From Octopus sinensis (Eukaryota): a stretch of DNA of 64,000 bases. The stretch spans positions 35,712,001 through 35,776,000 of the forward strand of contig NC_042998.1 of assembly GCF_006345805.1 (NCBI RefSeq), read 5' to 3'. The translations under genes were made by a program, and so were the position numbers. The notes under the pieces were generated by a model. The model had not been told where the DNA came from, made no database searches, and saw only the letters and a program-made list of their open reading frames with translations. Numbering within the stretch: position 1 is the stretch's first letter; the number at the start of each line of letters is the position of its first letter. Shown here piece after piece: positions 1 to 13,105 of the stretch.

Positions 1-584
1 GCCCAAGGTGCCATGCAGTGGGACTGAACCAGGAACCATGTGGTTGGTAAACAAGCTACTTACCACACAGCCACTTCTGTGCCTTGTGTATGAAACCATA
101 CTATCCGTTTGTTCCAGACAAATGCATTCCTGTTTAAGCTGACTTTAATATAACAAAGAGTTCAAATCACTGTATTAATGTTACATTTTTCATCATCATC
201 ATCGTTTAACGTCTGTTTTCCATGCTAGCATGGGTTGGACGGTTCGACCAGGGTCTGGGAAGCCAGGAGGCTGCACCAGGCTCCAGTCTGATCTGGCAGT
301 GTTTCTACAGCTGGATGCTCTTCCTAACACCAACCACTCCATGAGTGTAGTGGGTGCTTTTTACGTTCCACCAGCACAGGGGCCAGAGGAGGTTGGCGCA
401 GCAATCACGATTGGTTGGTGCTTTTTACGTGCAGGCTCAGGTCCCATGGAATAAAATGTCATCAATCTTCAACAGAGAAAGCCAGAATGGAATGCTTTCA
501 TTATATATGAAGATTAAGTCAATAATCATTAAGAATAATACACAAATATTTTTGTTCCTGAAATTCTATAATTATTATCATTAA

Positions 585-814
585 GTGTCACCACCACCAC
601 CACCATCACCATCACCACCACCACTACCACCACCACCACCACCACCACCACCACTACCACCACCACCACCACCACCAGCACCACCACCACCAGCACCACC
701 ACCACCACCACCACCACCCACCACCACCACCACTACCACCACCATCACCACCACCACCACCACCACCACCACCACCACCACCACCACCACTACCACCACC
801 ACCACCACCACCAT
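585..814. repeat. (CCA)n microsatellite, about 230 bp
   Basis: Continuous CCA/CAC triplets with a few CTA/CCAG interruptions; explains the poly-P/T/V/G ORFs. Confidence 0.97.
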
Positions 815-958
815 CGTATATGTTTATACTGAAAGGGCAAAAGTGTTTCCTAATGGAAGTACTTAAATAGAAGTACCATGAAAACATTTGCTAATTGTGC
901 ATTACAACTTTTATATCTGTTCTCACTAATTGACTTTTTACTGGTTGATTGTAGAGCA

Positions 959-1165
959 TACAGTTCTATGTTTAAGAAATGAGGAATTATTTACATTATT
1001 TACATTTGACAGATATTTGTCCTCATTTCGGCTGATATACCCTCTAGCCTTCATCAGGTGTCTTGGGGAAATTTCAAACTTGGGTTCTCATGCCTAAGGC
1101 ATTTTTCGATCTTGTTGTTGTTGTTGTTATTATCATCATTATTATTATTATTATTATCATCATCA

Positions 1166-1209
<44 letters not shown>

Positions 1210-1515
1210 GTTATTATTATTATTGTTATTGTTATTATTATTATTATTATTACACCATATGCTTGTGGGCATATGGCGTAGTGGTTAAGAGCACGGGCTA
1301 CTAACCCCAAGATTCTGTGTTCAATTCCAGGCAGTGACCTGAATAATGATAATAATAATAATAATAATAATAATATCAAAAAATACCTTAGGAATGAGAA
1401 CCCAGGTTCATAATTTCCCCAAGACACCTGATGAAGGCTTGAGGGTAGATCAGCCAAAATGTGTTAACAACAAGCAAGATGAGGACAAATATCCATCAAA
1501 TGTAAATAATGTAAA
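959..1515. mobile_element. Inverted (head-to-head) dimer of a tRNA-headed SINE with Penelope-like hammerhead tail; single insertion
   Basis: Minus-strand tail at 959-1110, (ATT)n tract, plus-strand head GGGCATATGGCGTAGTGG at about 1267 running to the tail at 1515. TGATTGTAGAGCA is duplicated at 946-958 and 1516-1528. Confidence 0.8.
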
Positions 1516-1838
1516 TGATTGTAGAGCAGATACACATAAGCAGCTTATACAGCTGATATAGTTTGAAGGTCACCTTTAAATTTGTTTTTTGTTTTACAAC
1601 CTATTTTAGATGTAATTAAATTAAATTTGACAAAGCATTTATTTTGCCACTACTTATCTTAATGCCAACAAAATCAGTAGGTATTACACATAAAAGTATA
1701 AAGCCTACTGGGTTCCGGGTTCAGTGTGTGACACCTTGGGTAAGTGTCTTCTACTGTAGCCTCAGGCCGACCAAAGCCTTATGAGTGGATTTGTGCATTA
1801 GCCACAAATACCTACAATAATATACAAATATATATATA

Positions 1839-2059
1839 GGCGACGAGCTGGCAGAAACGGGTGAAATGCTTAGCGGTATTTCGTCCCCTCTTTACGTTCT
1901 GAGTTCAAATTCCGCCGAGGTCAACTTTGCCTTTCATCCTTTCAGGGTCAATAAATTAAGTACCAGTTATGCACTGGGGTTGATATAATCGACTTAATCC
2001 GTTTGTCTGTCTTTGTTTGTCCTCTCTGTGTTTAGCCCCTTAGGGTAATAAAGAAATAG
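1839..2059 (+). mobile_element. tRNA-derived SINE with central GTCGACTTTGCCTTTCATCCTTTCGGGGTCGATAAATTAAGTACC domain ('GGTA-SINE' below)
   Basis: Head GGCGACGAGCTGGCAG, B-box GAGTTCAAATTCC, tail AAGAAATAG; many near-identical copies in the window. Confidence 0.85.
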
Positions 2060-3134
2060 GTATTTTACATCCAGTCAGCTAATGATATAAGATATTTCAC
2101 TATTTTCCTACCATAACTTGCACCATTCTGATATCACTGTTATTCCTTCCTGTTTATTCCATGCACTAGTTTCTAGAACTTGTTCTTTAATATTAATGAT
2201 GGAGAAAATTTTCCTGAATTCCTCATAACACTTTAGATATCTATGGCTTTTTTTAAAAAAAACCCATCTAAGCTGTTTTCACTCATTTATTTTAACGCTG
2301 CCTAATCTTTACTTCTAAGCTCTTCTGATCAATTTTTTTTTAAACGAAGCAGTGTCATTTGCTGATCTCTCATCAATGCAATCCTCGTCTATTTATAAAT
2401 TTCCATTGTTCCTCTTCCTTTTGTTGCCTTGAATAGCTTATTTCATATTCAAGATATATTTACCTTCATTTCTGTTGTCATCTATCATTAACAACCTTTC
2501 ATTACTCGCCTGCCTGTCAAGCAGGAGATTCTCTTTAGAAATTCTCCTAATGAATGAACACTGTACAACATTTCTTCGTGTAGCAGTCTACCATTTCTGC
2601 CAACTCCTCTCCACTTAATACTCGTAACATTTCTTGCAAATCAACAACGGTTTTCATCTAATGGATTGGTGCTCTTTTGCTCTCCTTGTATTGGAGACAT
2701 TTGGACAGATTAAGTGCAATATAATAGTTTCTATTGTTATTAGATAAACCTAGTCAACTCTGATTGATGGTACTCTAGCATTTAGATTAGCCTTTCCAGC
2801 TATGGCCATCTTGCCTTAACTGGAGAATATGCAGTCCAAAGAATAAGAACTAAGAACATTTAATTCCAATTTTATAGACAGTAGGAAATAATTGCTCAGA
2901 GAAATTTGGTAAATTGGTTACATTAGAAATTTCTTTATTAGTTTGTTTAGTTTTTGTTTGGCCCTTTTGCATTTAAACCAGCCAAGTCCAGTCCAAATAT
3001 TCAACCTGTCTTATGTTCAGACTGGCCTGATCTGGACTCTCACACTTACTCTACAATGTCATTCTAAAAATAAACAATCACACTATCAAAATTTCAAAGA
3101 GAAGAGATAGTGCGTGATTAATTCAAGACAATGG

Positions 3135-3822
3135 GCCAGTGGCACATAAAAAGCACCATCCAATCATAGTCGGTGCCAGTGCTGCCTTGGCTGGCTTCCG
3201 TGCCGGTGGCTCATAAAAAGCACCATCCGATCATGGTCGATGTCAGCCTCCTCTGGCCCCTGTGCCGGTGGCTCGTAAAAAGCACCATCCGATTGTGGTC
3301 AATGTCAGCCTCCTCTGGCCCCTGTGCCGGTGGCTCGTAAAAAGCACCATCCAATCATGGTCGATGTCAGCCCCCTCTGGCCCCTGTGCTGGTGGCATGT
3401 AAAAAGCACCATCCGATTGTGGTCAATGTCAGCCTCCTCTGGCCCCTGTGCCGGTGGCATGTAAAAAGCACCATCCGATTGTAGTCAATGTCAGCCTCCT
3501 CTGGCCCCTGTGCCGGTGGCATGTAAAAAGCACCATCCGATTGTAGTCAATGTCAGCCTCCTCTGGCCCCTGTGCCGGTGGCATGTAAAAAGCACCTTCC
3601 GATTGTAGTCAATGTCAGCCTCCTCTAGCCCCTGTGCTGGTGGCATGTAAAAAACCACCCACTACACTCTCGAAGTGGTTGGCGTTAGGAAGGTCATCCA
3701 TATGTAGAAACTTTGCCAGATCAGACTGGAGCCTGGTGCAGCCTCCTGGCTTCCCAGACCTCTGTCGAACCGTCCAACCCATGCCAGCATAGAAAACAGA
3801 CATTAAACGATGATGATGATGA
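3135..3822 (+). mobile_element. RTE-type LINE/SINE 3' end with internal 62-bp tandem array
   Basis: About 8 units of GTGCCGGTGGCAYGTAAAAAGCACC...; period 62 (GTCAATGTC at 3422, 3484, 3546, 3608). Followed by the family tail GGCGTTAGGAAGG...TTAAACGATGATGATG. Confidence 0.85.
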
Positions 3823-4400
3823 ATGGGAATAAATAAGGATTAACGTTTGACAGGATAATCTGTATGCTTAAAGGGTTAAAGACAGTGGTTTGAGGAAATT
3901 TTGCTGTTGAATTAATTAAGAAGTTCTTTTGTAACTTGAATCTTCTTATCTTTAGTGAAAACAAGAAAACATTGACAATGTTATAAAAGTACAACAGATC
4001 ATGATTAGTAGATATAGTAGAGAACGTTTTAGTATACGATACTTAGAGTGAGGACAGAGGCATAGGAAAACCGAAAGAAGATCAATTTGTGTGTATCATG
4101 TAAAGTTAAATAGTGATTTAATCATTTTGAAGAGCAGGGAAAAGAGAGAAGACAGCTCAATTCCAAACAAGGAAATGGAGACTATTAATAATAGGTCTCC
4201 TGGGACTAATTAAAAGCAACAAGGATGTATCTTAACATAATCTCATTTCTGACTCATTTAGGCTTAATCACTTAATCAACTATCTTTTTTGTAGCTAGAC
4301 TTTACAACAAGCCGAGACAAACAAATTATCCAAGACCTCTGACCTCCAATTTTCCAATTTCATTTTACCTATCTAATTAAACATTATTATTATGATTACC

Positions 4401-4631
4401 TATTTCTTTACTACCTACAAGGGGCTAAACACAGAGGGGACAAACAAGGACAGACAAACGGATTAAGTTGATTATATTGACTCCAGTGTGTAACTGGTAC
4501 TTAATTTATCGACCCCAAAAGGATGAAAGGCAAAGTCGACGTCGGCAGAATTTGAACTCAGAACGTAACGGCAGACTAAATACCGCTAAGCATTTCGCCC
4601 GGCTTGCTAACGATTCTGCCAGCTTGCCACC
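4401..4631 (-). mobile_element. GGTA-SINE copy
   Basis: Reverse complement of the 1839 family, full length. Confidence 0.85.
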
Positions 4632-5559
4632 TTTGATTATTATTATATTTAATTATTATCATAATTACCTTTAATGTGTAATATGTAAATGAGTTATCTT
4701 ACCAGTATTATAGTAAATGCATTGTTTAATTGTTTTACGTAACAATTTATATCCTCTGTAAGTTAAAACTTTGAATTTATAAGACATTGATCTGAGATTC
4801 CAACAGAATTTTTTAATTGTATCTAAACTTTAAAGAAATCAATGTTGTCAATCTCTTGTGCTGATGAGATAACAATAGTTTTGCCAAGTCACAGCTGGCC
4901 TTGTTAATTATGAGTTGTTGAGGTGACTGAATGTTATAGTCTGCAACAAAGAATATGTTAATCTTGTGAGCTTAATTAAGATGTAAATGAGTGCAAGGGA
5001 TAATTGCAGCCACATTGAAGTCGTTAACAAAAACACTGTCAAATAATGCTATACTTAGTTAGGTTTCAGTCGTGAAGAAAAAACTTTTAGTCCCTTTACA
5101 GGATTGTGTTACACTTAGCAAGTGTTGTGTTTTGGTGGGGCTTTTTAAATAGAAAAGCATTGATAAGTTGAACCCACCAAGCTATAAATAAGAAATTTGA
5201 ATAGATGCTGTTGCCAACATCGCCTGACACCTGTGCCGGTGGCACATAAAAAGCACCCACTACACTCTTGGAGTGGTTGGTGTTAGGAAGGGCATCCAGC
5301 TGTAGAAACACTGCCAGATCAGACTGGAGCCTGGTGCAGCCTCTTGGCTTCCCAGACCCTGGTTGAACCGTCCAACCCATGTTAGCATGGAAAATGGACG
5401 TTAAATGATAATGATGATGATGATGATGGCTCAATGCCATAGGCAGCAGAAACCTCATGTCAACAATTTTGAACTTTCTTTGATCTTTGGCACACTGAAA
5501 GAGGTACTTAAAATATGATGGCATATCTTTAGCTTTTTGTGTAATTCTCTTGGGGAGTG

Positions 5560-6000
5560 CAAGTCAGGTTGGCTGACCACCTTGTTCGAATACCTGATTC
5601 TTCAAGAGACTGCTTTGCAGTGAACTGGCAGAAGACAAGTGCATGCAAGGTGGAGAGAAAAAGGGGCTTCAAAGACATACCCAAAGCCTCACAGAAGAGT
5701 TTTGAGATCAACCCCACCAACATCTGGGAAATGCAAGCAAAAGGCTGCCCTCACTGGCAAAGCTGAACCAACAAAGGGGCCATCTCCAACAAACAGAACA
5801 CGATTGCAGGGACACAGAAAAAACACAAACTGTGCAAACCCAGAGCCAACCCCTTGCTTTTGGTCCCAGCACACCACCAATGCCCAACCTGCAGAAGAAC
5901 CCTCTAAGCAGACATCAGACTGATCAACCACAGCCAGACACTCTCTGCCCTCTCTTCTTCTCCCACAGGATGTCCTTGGTCAATGTCAACAACCAATCAA
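5560..6000 (+). mobile_element. Decayed RTE-clade LINE, ORF2 C-terminus
   Basis: Translates to HLVRIPD..RGFKDIPKASQKSFEINPTNIWE..HW, then (frameshifted) HQCPTCRRTL*ADIRLINHSQT, matching the post-RT region and terminal C2H2 motif of RTE ORF2. Confidence 0.75.
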
Positions 6001-6739
6001 CTAAAAGCTTTGTAAATGTTTCATTATTTAAAATGTATTAAAATCATTTTGAAATTGAGAAGGTCACATGCATTATACTTCACCACAAAGGAATATATTT
6101 TTGTACCAGCATTGTGGAGCATAAAAACCAGTTTTCTATACGTCTAAACATTTTCTAATTCTCCTCAAAACGTCACAGTACCCGGTGAACCGTACAGATT
6201 AAGCTACAGTGAAATGCTCCGCACCATAATGGTTGAAAACTCATGTCCTTTGTATAATTAACAGAGGTTTTGTTCGTTTGCAATTTTCTAATAAGTTTAA
6301 ATCTCCTCAATATAAGCCTCTTACTGATGAGCTTTTTTATTGTCTATCTTTCATCTCATTAGACTGTGGCCATGCTGGAGCACCGTGCTTTGAATAATTT
6401 TTTATTGAATGAATCGATCGCAGTATTTTCTTTTATTTTTTAAGCCTGGTACTTATTCTATTGGTCTCTTTTGCTGAACTGCTAAGTTACAGGGATGTAA
6501 ACACACCAACACTGGTTGTCAAGCAGTGATGGGAGGACAAATACGGACACAAAAAAACACACACAAACACATATGTATACATATACACAATGGGCTTCTT
6601 TCAGTTTCCATCTACCAAGTCAACTAATAAAGCTTTGGTCATCCAGAGGCTAGAGTAGAAGACACCTACCCAAGGTGCTACACAGTGGGGGACTGAACCC
6701 AGGAGCACGTGGCTGGAAAGCAAGCTACTTACCACACAG

Positions 6740-6813
<74 letters not shown>

Positions 6814-7268
6814 CGGGTTTCTTTCAGTTTCTGTCTTCCAAATCCACTCACAAGGCTTTGGTCGGTCCGAGGCTATAGTAGAAGACATTTGCCCAAAGAG
6901 CCACTCAGTGGTATTGAACCCAGAACCATGTGGTTGGGAAGCAACCTTCTTATCACACAGCCACGCCTGCACCTATGTGTTTTATTTTCGATGGTTGGGC
7001 TTCATATACTGGATTAGATAATGAAATTTATACTTATGAAGCTGTTAATCCTTCTCTACACTGGATTTTAATGATGGCAGTTTTTATAAAGAGAATCTTG
7101 AAAGGAAACAGATGTTGGCAAAGAAAAACTGTGATGACAATGTTGGAGAGACAATGTTTTGCTCACATCCTATTTGCACTAACACATGTGGGGAAGTGAG
7201 TTCAGCAATGAAGGAAACATGTTCACAAATTTAATTAGTTCGATGAATGGAAATTTAATTTTAATTTA

Positions 7269-7430
7269 GGTGCAGGAGCGGCTGTGTGGTAAGAAGCTTG
7301 CTTTCCAACCACACGGTTCTGGGTTCAACCTCACTGAGTGGCACCTTGGGCAAGTGTTTTCTGCTATAGCTTCGAGCCAACCAAAGCCTTGTGAGTGGAT
7401 TTGGTAGATGGAAACTGAAAGAAGCCCACC

Positions 7431-7491
<61 letters not shown>

Positions 7492-7725
7492 TGTATGTAT
7501 GTATGTATGTATGTATTTGTGTGTCTGTGTTCGTACCCCACCCCCACGATTGCTTGACAACCCATGTTGGTGTGTTTACGTCCCAGAAATTTAGTGGTTT
7601 GACAAAAGAGACTGATAGAATAAGTACTTCTAGGCTTACAAAGAATAAGTGCTGGGGGTCGATTTGTTTGACTAAAGGTGGTGCTCCAGCATGGTCGCAG
7701 TCAAAATGACTGAAATAAGTAAAAG
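7269..7725 (+). mobile_element. CORE-type tRNA-derived SINE (octopus OR2-like) with internal (TA)n(TGTA)n
   Basis: Head GGTGCAGGAGCGGCTGTGTGG, B-box GGGTTCAACC, MIR-like CACCTTGGGCAAGT core, tail AAGTAAAAG. Family name is from recall and unverified. Confidence 0.8.
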
Positions 7726-8795
7726 TGTATTTCATTCTTGTTAGATAACCCCTGTGCCAGTAGCACATAAAAAGCACCATCCGAACATAGCCGATGCCCG
7801 TACCTCTAGCCCCTGTGCCAGTGGCACATAAAAAAGCACCCACTACACTCTCGGAGTGGTTGGCGTTAGGAAAGGCATCCAGCTGTAGAAACATTGCCAG
7901 ATCAGATTGGGGCCTGGTGCAGCCTCCTTGCTTCCCAGACCCCAGTCAAACCATCTAACCCATACCAGCATGGAAAACGTGACGTTAAACGATGATGATG
8001 ATGATGATGATGTCGTCATCATCGTCGTTTAACATCTGCTTTCCATGCTGGCATGGGTTGGACGGAATTCAGTTTTTTAAAAAATTATTTTGCTGTAGTT
8101 ACTTTCAGTTTTGTGGCATCCTAAAAATAAGATTCACTCCCAGTGACCTACATTCTCAATGCCTACTTTAAGCAATTAAAACAATTAATTGCTGTTGCTG
8201 TTGCTTCACACAACAAAGAGCTTCGTGCAAAACCTGTACGTTACCTTAATTACCCCTACCTACTTCCCCCAACATACAAACTTATTTATATAATTAATAC
8301 AACTGATTATGATGTCTGTCACATGGAAAAGATTGGATTGCTTTGAAGTAAATAAACAAAACCAGTGGGATTGTCGAGCTGTATGACTGGCTTACAATAA
8401 CAATTTAGATACGAAATACCTATACAGAAATATATATGTACAGGGCATGAAAAACACGTCTTTTGTGCCAAGAAATAATAGAGGCATACATACACAACTG
8501 TGCCCCAACAACTTAATTTCTTCATAACCTCCAGAAATATGGATAATTTTTTGTGAAATTTTCTACAAATATGCTTCTGGTTGTATAGATTTTGATTATA
8601 CTGGAATTTGTTGTGGGAAACATTTTTCAGGGGTGTGGAGAGGAGTTTCAGAAAATTCACATGAGTTGGCTTTTATTTTCTCAACTTAAAGAAAATTGGG
8701 TATTTTTTAATGAAATATTTATATTTTACAAATACCTTTCAGAGTGTGTAGATTACAAATGTATTGGAATTTAATGTGAAAGAATAAATTGGTAA

Positions 8796-9018
8796 GGCGG
8801 CGAGCTGGCACAAACGTTAGCACGCTGGGTGAAGTGCTTAGCGGTATTTCATCTGCCGCTATGTTCTGAGTTCAAATTCTGCCGAGGTCGACTTTGCCTT
8901 TCATCCTTTCAGGGTTGATTAAATAAGTACCAGTTACGCACTGGGGTCAATGTAATCGACTTAATCCGTTTGTCTGTTCTTGTTTGTCCTCTCTGTATTG
9001 TGGGTGGTAAAGAAATAG
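8796..9018 (+). mobile_element. GGTA-SINE copy
   Basis: Full length; GGTA lies at both junctions (8791-8794 and 9018-9021). Confidence 0.85.
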
Positions 9019-9132
9019 GTATGCATACATACTGACACATGTCACATTTATCTACAAGATGAAACTCGAAATTTATTTAAAAAATAGTAAAGTGTGGTTC
9101 CATCAGTGACCATGGCGCAGAAAATGTGTGTG

Positions 9133-9166
<34 letters not shown>

Positions 9167-9189
9167 CATCTATGGCCAATAAGTCTATC

Positions 9190-9500
9190 ATATAGTTGGA
9201 TTTCTAAAAGACTTGAAGGCTGTTATGCCCAAGAATCTTTCCAAAAATCAAATGGCACTTGAAAGGAACAAGATGTCCTTTCAAAATGTCAAAGAAATCC
9301 AAGAGAATGTGATGAGGCAGCTGCATGCTATTCCATAAAAGTTGTTCCAGGAATGTTTCTGTCAATGGAAACGACACTGTATAAAGTGTGAGGCTTCTGA
9401 AGTGAAGAACTTCGAAAAAGATCAAATGCTGGACTGATATGTGTGGGTGGTCTTCATTTTTGTAGCATCAGTCCCAATGCTTTTTGATCAGACCTCATGC
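9190..9500 (-). mobile_element. Highly decayed mariner-like remnant
   Basis: TIR-like GAGGTCTGATCAAAAAGCATTGGGACTG near 9500 and weak LPHH..HLVPFKCHLIF similarity to the LPHPPYSPDLAPSDYHLF motif. Confidence 0.35.
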
Positions 9501-9619
9501 ATGTACACACTCATATCCATGATACTTAGACTCTGATACTCAATTACATCATGTTATACCTGCCTTCAATGTTTTAATGAAATAATATTTTTACATCATC
9601 CTTTCAGGCTTTCCAGGCC

Positions 9620-10058
9620 TGTTTCTTTGCCCTCTGGCTTCTGTGCCGGTGGCACATGACCTGCTGTGCTTGAGGAGACCTATTGAGTCAAGTACATCAA
9701 CATCAAAATAAATATCAAATGGAAATTGTAGTTGTGATACCTGTGCCGGTGGTATGTAAAAAGCATCATCTGAACGTGGCCGATGCCAGCACCGCCTTGA
9801 CTGGCTTCTGTGCCGGTGGCACGTAAAAAGCACCAACCAATCGTGGATGCTGCCAGTCTCCCCTGGCACCTGTGCCGGTGGCACATAAAAAGCACCCACT
9901 ACACTCTCAGAGTGGTTGGTGTTAGGAAGGGCATCCAGCTGTAGAAACACTGCCAGATCGGACTGGAGCCTGGTGCAGCCTCCTGGCTTCCCAGACCCTG
10001 GTCGAACCATCCAACCCATGCTAGCACGGAAAATGGATGTTAAACGATGATGATGATG
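9620..10058 (+). mobile_element. RTE-type 3' end (long 3' UTR form)
   Basis: Same GTGCCGGTGGCAC repeats and (GAT)n tail as 3135-3822. Confidence 0.85.
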
Positions 10059-11329
10059 AATATTTTTACATCCACTTTTCCATGCGAGCATTGATTGAAG
10101 GGGACTTGAGGCCAAATGCCCTTCCTGATACTCTTTTTGTTGCCTCTTATAACACTGGGATACGGAGTACCTAGTGTAAAAGATGAGACACTCACACACA
10201 AAAAAAAAGTGTTAACAAAGTAAGAACTACTTTTACAAGAGTCTCTTTGATTGATTATGGCATCTGTTGAATAAACATTGGTAACATTGATCTTGTAACA
10301 TGAGCAAGGACACAAAACAATAGATGTAATCATTATGATCAAAACTACGCTATGTTCTCAGTAAACATACATGCTAACCTTATTGTATTTGATTGTTTAC
10401 AATAACCTTAAGAACACATTAACTTGTTAAACTGCCTGTCTGTATTGACATAATTTAGGCAACCATTTACCTTATGAATATTCATGGGTTCACATTCACA
10501 GAGTAAATATTTCATTGATATTAAACACAAACTGGAAACAAGATGAAACTGGTTAACTAAAAACATGTCAAACCTGTCATTGGAAGTTAATCTTTTCATA
10601 AATTCCAAGGATTCACCAGACTAGGGATTAAGTTAAGTTTCTGGAGCATTAAGCAAAAGATAAATCTCTCCAGTTCTCCCAGATATGCTATTTCTCTTTT
10701 GCTGGTAATATTCTGGAAAAGGACTCATAACCTATTTCTCACACAATGTGGAAATAAGTGTCCTGCCCTGAAACAAAGCAAAAAACACCTACTCTTGAAG
10801 AATTCCCGTATTTTATTTATTTACTTGGTCAAGGACAACACATATCAGAAAGAGCAGAGCATCAGACAAAATTGCAAATCAGTTTTTAGTAATATTTTTT
10901 TTTTTTTTTTACAAAGGTGATGCTCCAGCATGGCCACAGTCAAATGACTGAAACAAGTAAAAGAGTAAAAGAATTTCCATTCTACTTTCTCCTGTGACTA
11001 CTTTTTATACATCTTGGATAAAAATTCTAATTGTTTGTGTATGTGCTAATTGAGAAAGTGATAGAGTGTTTTTGCTATTGAAACTAGAATCTTCTCTCCA
11101 TTCCTTTGCAGCTGTTTTGGACTGAAACAGGTTAACTGAGAAGATTACAGACTGGAGAAGATTACAGATTCATACAACACAAGGACAAGATGTTTTATGG
11201 TTTGAATTGGAGACAAGATGTTTTATGGTTTGAATTGGTTGTACATTGATTGGAAAAAGTGAAAATCATTCGGAAACCTGTGCACATTCTATAAATATTT
11301 CAATGGAGAAAGTTGACTTACATTTTAAT

Positions 11330-11935
11330 GCCAAAGAAAGTGCAAGACTATGAATGCATGAAATTCCACCAAACACACATGACTTTCTGTTCAAACTGCC
11401 CTTGTTTGACAACAGGTTCTGGCGCCTGGCCCTAATAAAGCCACTGATTTCTCATTTTACGATTATGAAAATAGATCCAGTTTTCATCCTCAGTTACAAC
11501 TCAATGCCAAAAATGGGAATTTTGAGGATTTGCCAGCAGTTGTTTGCAAATATTCACATGTCATAGAGCCTGGTCATTGGTCAGTTCATGAAGAGCTTCT
11601 CAACAGTGTCTGTTCACAAAGCTGAGTTCATAAAGGTGTCAACAGAAGGTGGTTTGTGAAGGACCAAGTTCTGCTGACAACATATGAGTGCTTCTGCTTG
11701 GCTGTTGTTCAACCATTTCAAGTAAGGCCTCATCTTCCACAACAGAAGGTTCCCTCCTTAACTTTGTTTTGTCTTTGAGGCTAGTATTTCTTTCCTTAAA
11801 ATGTCTGAACCAGTTTTGTACCACACATCTGTTGACAGTTCCTGAGCCTTCAACATCATTTATTTCTTTTGCCACTGCCCTTCCACTCAATGCTATTTTT
11901 CCACAATAAAATTTCACCACTAATTATCAAAGCTG
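11330..11935 (-). mobile_element. Decayed mariner (Mos1-like) transposase
   Basis: N-terminal HTH-like AKEINDVEGSGTVNRCVVQNWFRHFK..SLKDK..EPSVVEDEALL, then VVTEDENWIYFHN and KVMCVWWNF with stops. Confidence 0.85.
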
Positions 11936-12363
11936 TAAAATAAAGATTGAACAATATTTTTATGTTATTTATGAAAAAAAAAATAAAAGAAAAAAGTCAG
12001 CAAAGACTGGACAACAAGTTGTAAGTTATATCAAATTAATGATATAACTTGGAGATACAAGTTGCCAAATATCATCAATGGAAATCTAAAAAAACTTTTG
12101 GCTTAAGCTGATATATATTTAATTGAGATTTTTATATCACATATTTTACCTCATGAAAGCAAATTTTAAACTAAGGCTGATAGAAAAAAATTATATGATG
12201 ATTATAATAACCAGAGTTAAATTATAAAGTATTTTTCTGCCAGTTTTTGTGTTGGAAATAAGTCCAACAGACTAATGTGAGGACGCAGTAAAGTTAGATT
12301 ATTAAAAACTATTCTTAAAACATTTGACTAAAGTATAAAAGAAAACACTACATAATACAATTG

Positions 12364-12679
12364 CATTTAAGAAACACACAAAAACCATCAGATTCACTTA
12401 AACATTTAAATTTAATTTGTCAAAATATTTTCGGCGCTTTGAGACCGCGACCTGTTCACTGACAAAATTCCATGCTGCATGGGATTTTGTCAGTGAACAG
12501 GTCGCGGTCTGAAAGCAATGAAAATATTTTGGCAAATTAAATTTAAATGTTGAAGTGAATCTAACAGATTTTTGTGTGTTTCTTAAATGGCTAATAAACA
12601 CCTTCCACCCAGCAATTGTTTTCGTTTCAGCACACGATCTCAGATCAGGTCACTTGCTATACAAGTACATCTCCACTAT
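12364..12679. mobile_element. Palindromic MITE, probably Tc1/mariner type, left end truncated
   Basis: Near-perfect palindrome 12364-12589 centred on 12476; right terminus ...ACATCTCCACTATA followed by TA. Confidence 0.6.
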
Positions 12680-13105
12680 ATAATAACTATAGCTAAAATT
12701 TGAAATGATTTCATGGTGCTGTTTGAAATGGATGAATGAATAAGGTATAGTGTCAGTGAAAACCAGTGATGCAGTAATAATTTCAAATGTCAACCACAAT
12801 TCACTTTGCTTTCATTTTGCAGTGTTGTGCCTCATATTTTGAAAATAAAAACAAGAAAATAGTACTTCCCTTTGGGTTAAAGTTTCATTTATAGACGTTT
12901 AATCAGTAAGTAGCAAAAATAAAATTTAGATGCACACACACATACACACACACACGCGCACACACACACATACACACACACTCACACAAGTGGTATATAT
13001 GCCAATATAGAAAGCAGACGTTAAATGATGGTGAGGATAATATAAGCATGGTAAATAAGTGTAATTTTTGTGGTGCATGAAAGTTTTCAATTTTTAGGAG
13101 TAATC

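Noticed and set aside
529-887. Poly-Pro/Thr/Val/Gly ORFs
   Set aside because: Translations of the (CCA)n microsatellite in several frames; no splice or homology support.
1054-1561. Poly-Asn/Ile/Leu ORFs
   Set aside because: (ATT)n tract inside the SINE composite.
2470-2552. Possible minus-strand exon RISKENLLLDRQASNERLLMIDDNRNE
   Set aside because: Plausible splice signals only; no homology or context.
3135-3660. Regular repeat array resembling CRISPR
   Set aside because: The whole 62-bp units are near-identical with no unique spacers, the context is eukaryotic, and there are no cas genes.
9591-10199. 202-aa ORF and the recurring MGWTV..GCTRLQSDLA peptides
   Set aside because: Antisense translation of the RTE 3' UTR repeat found many times in the window.
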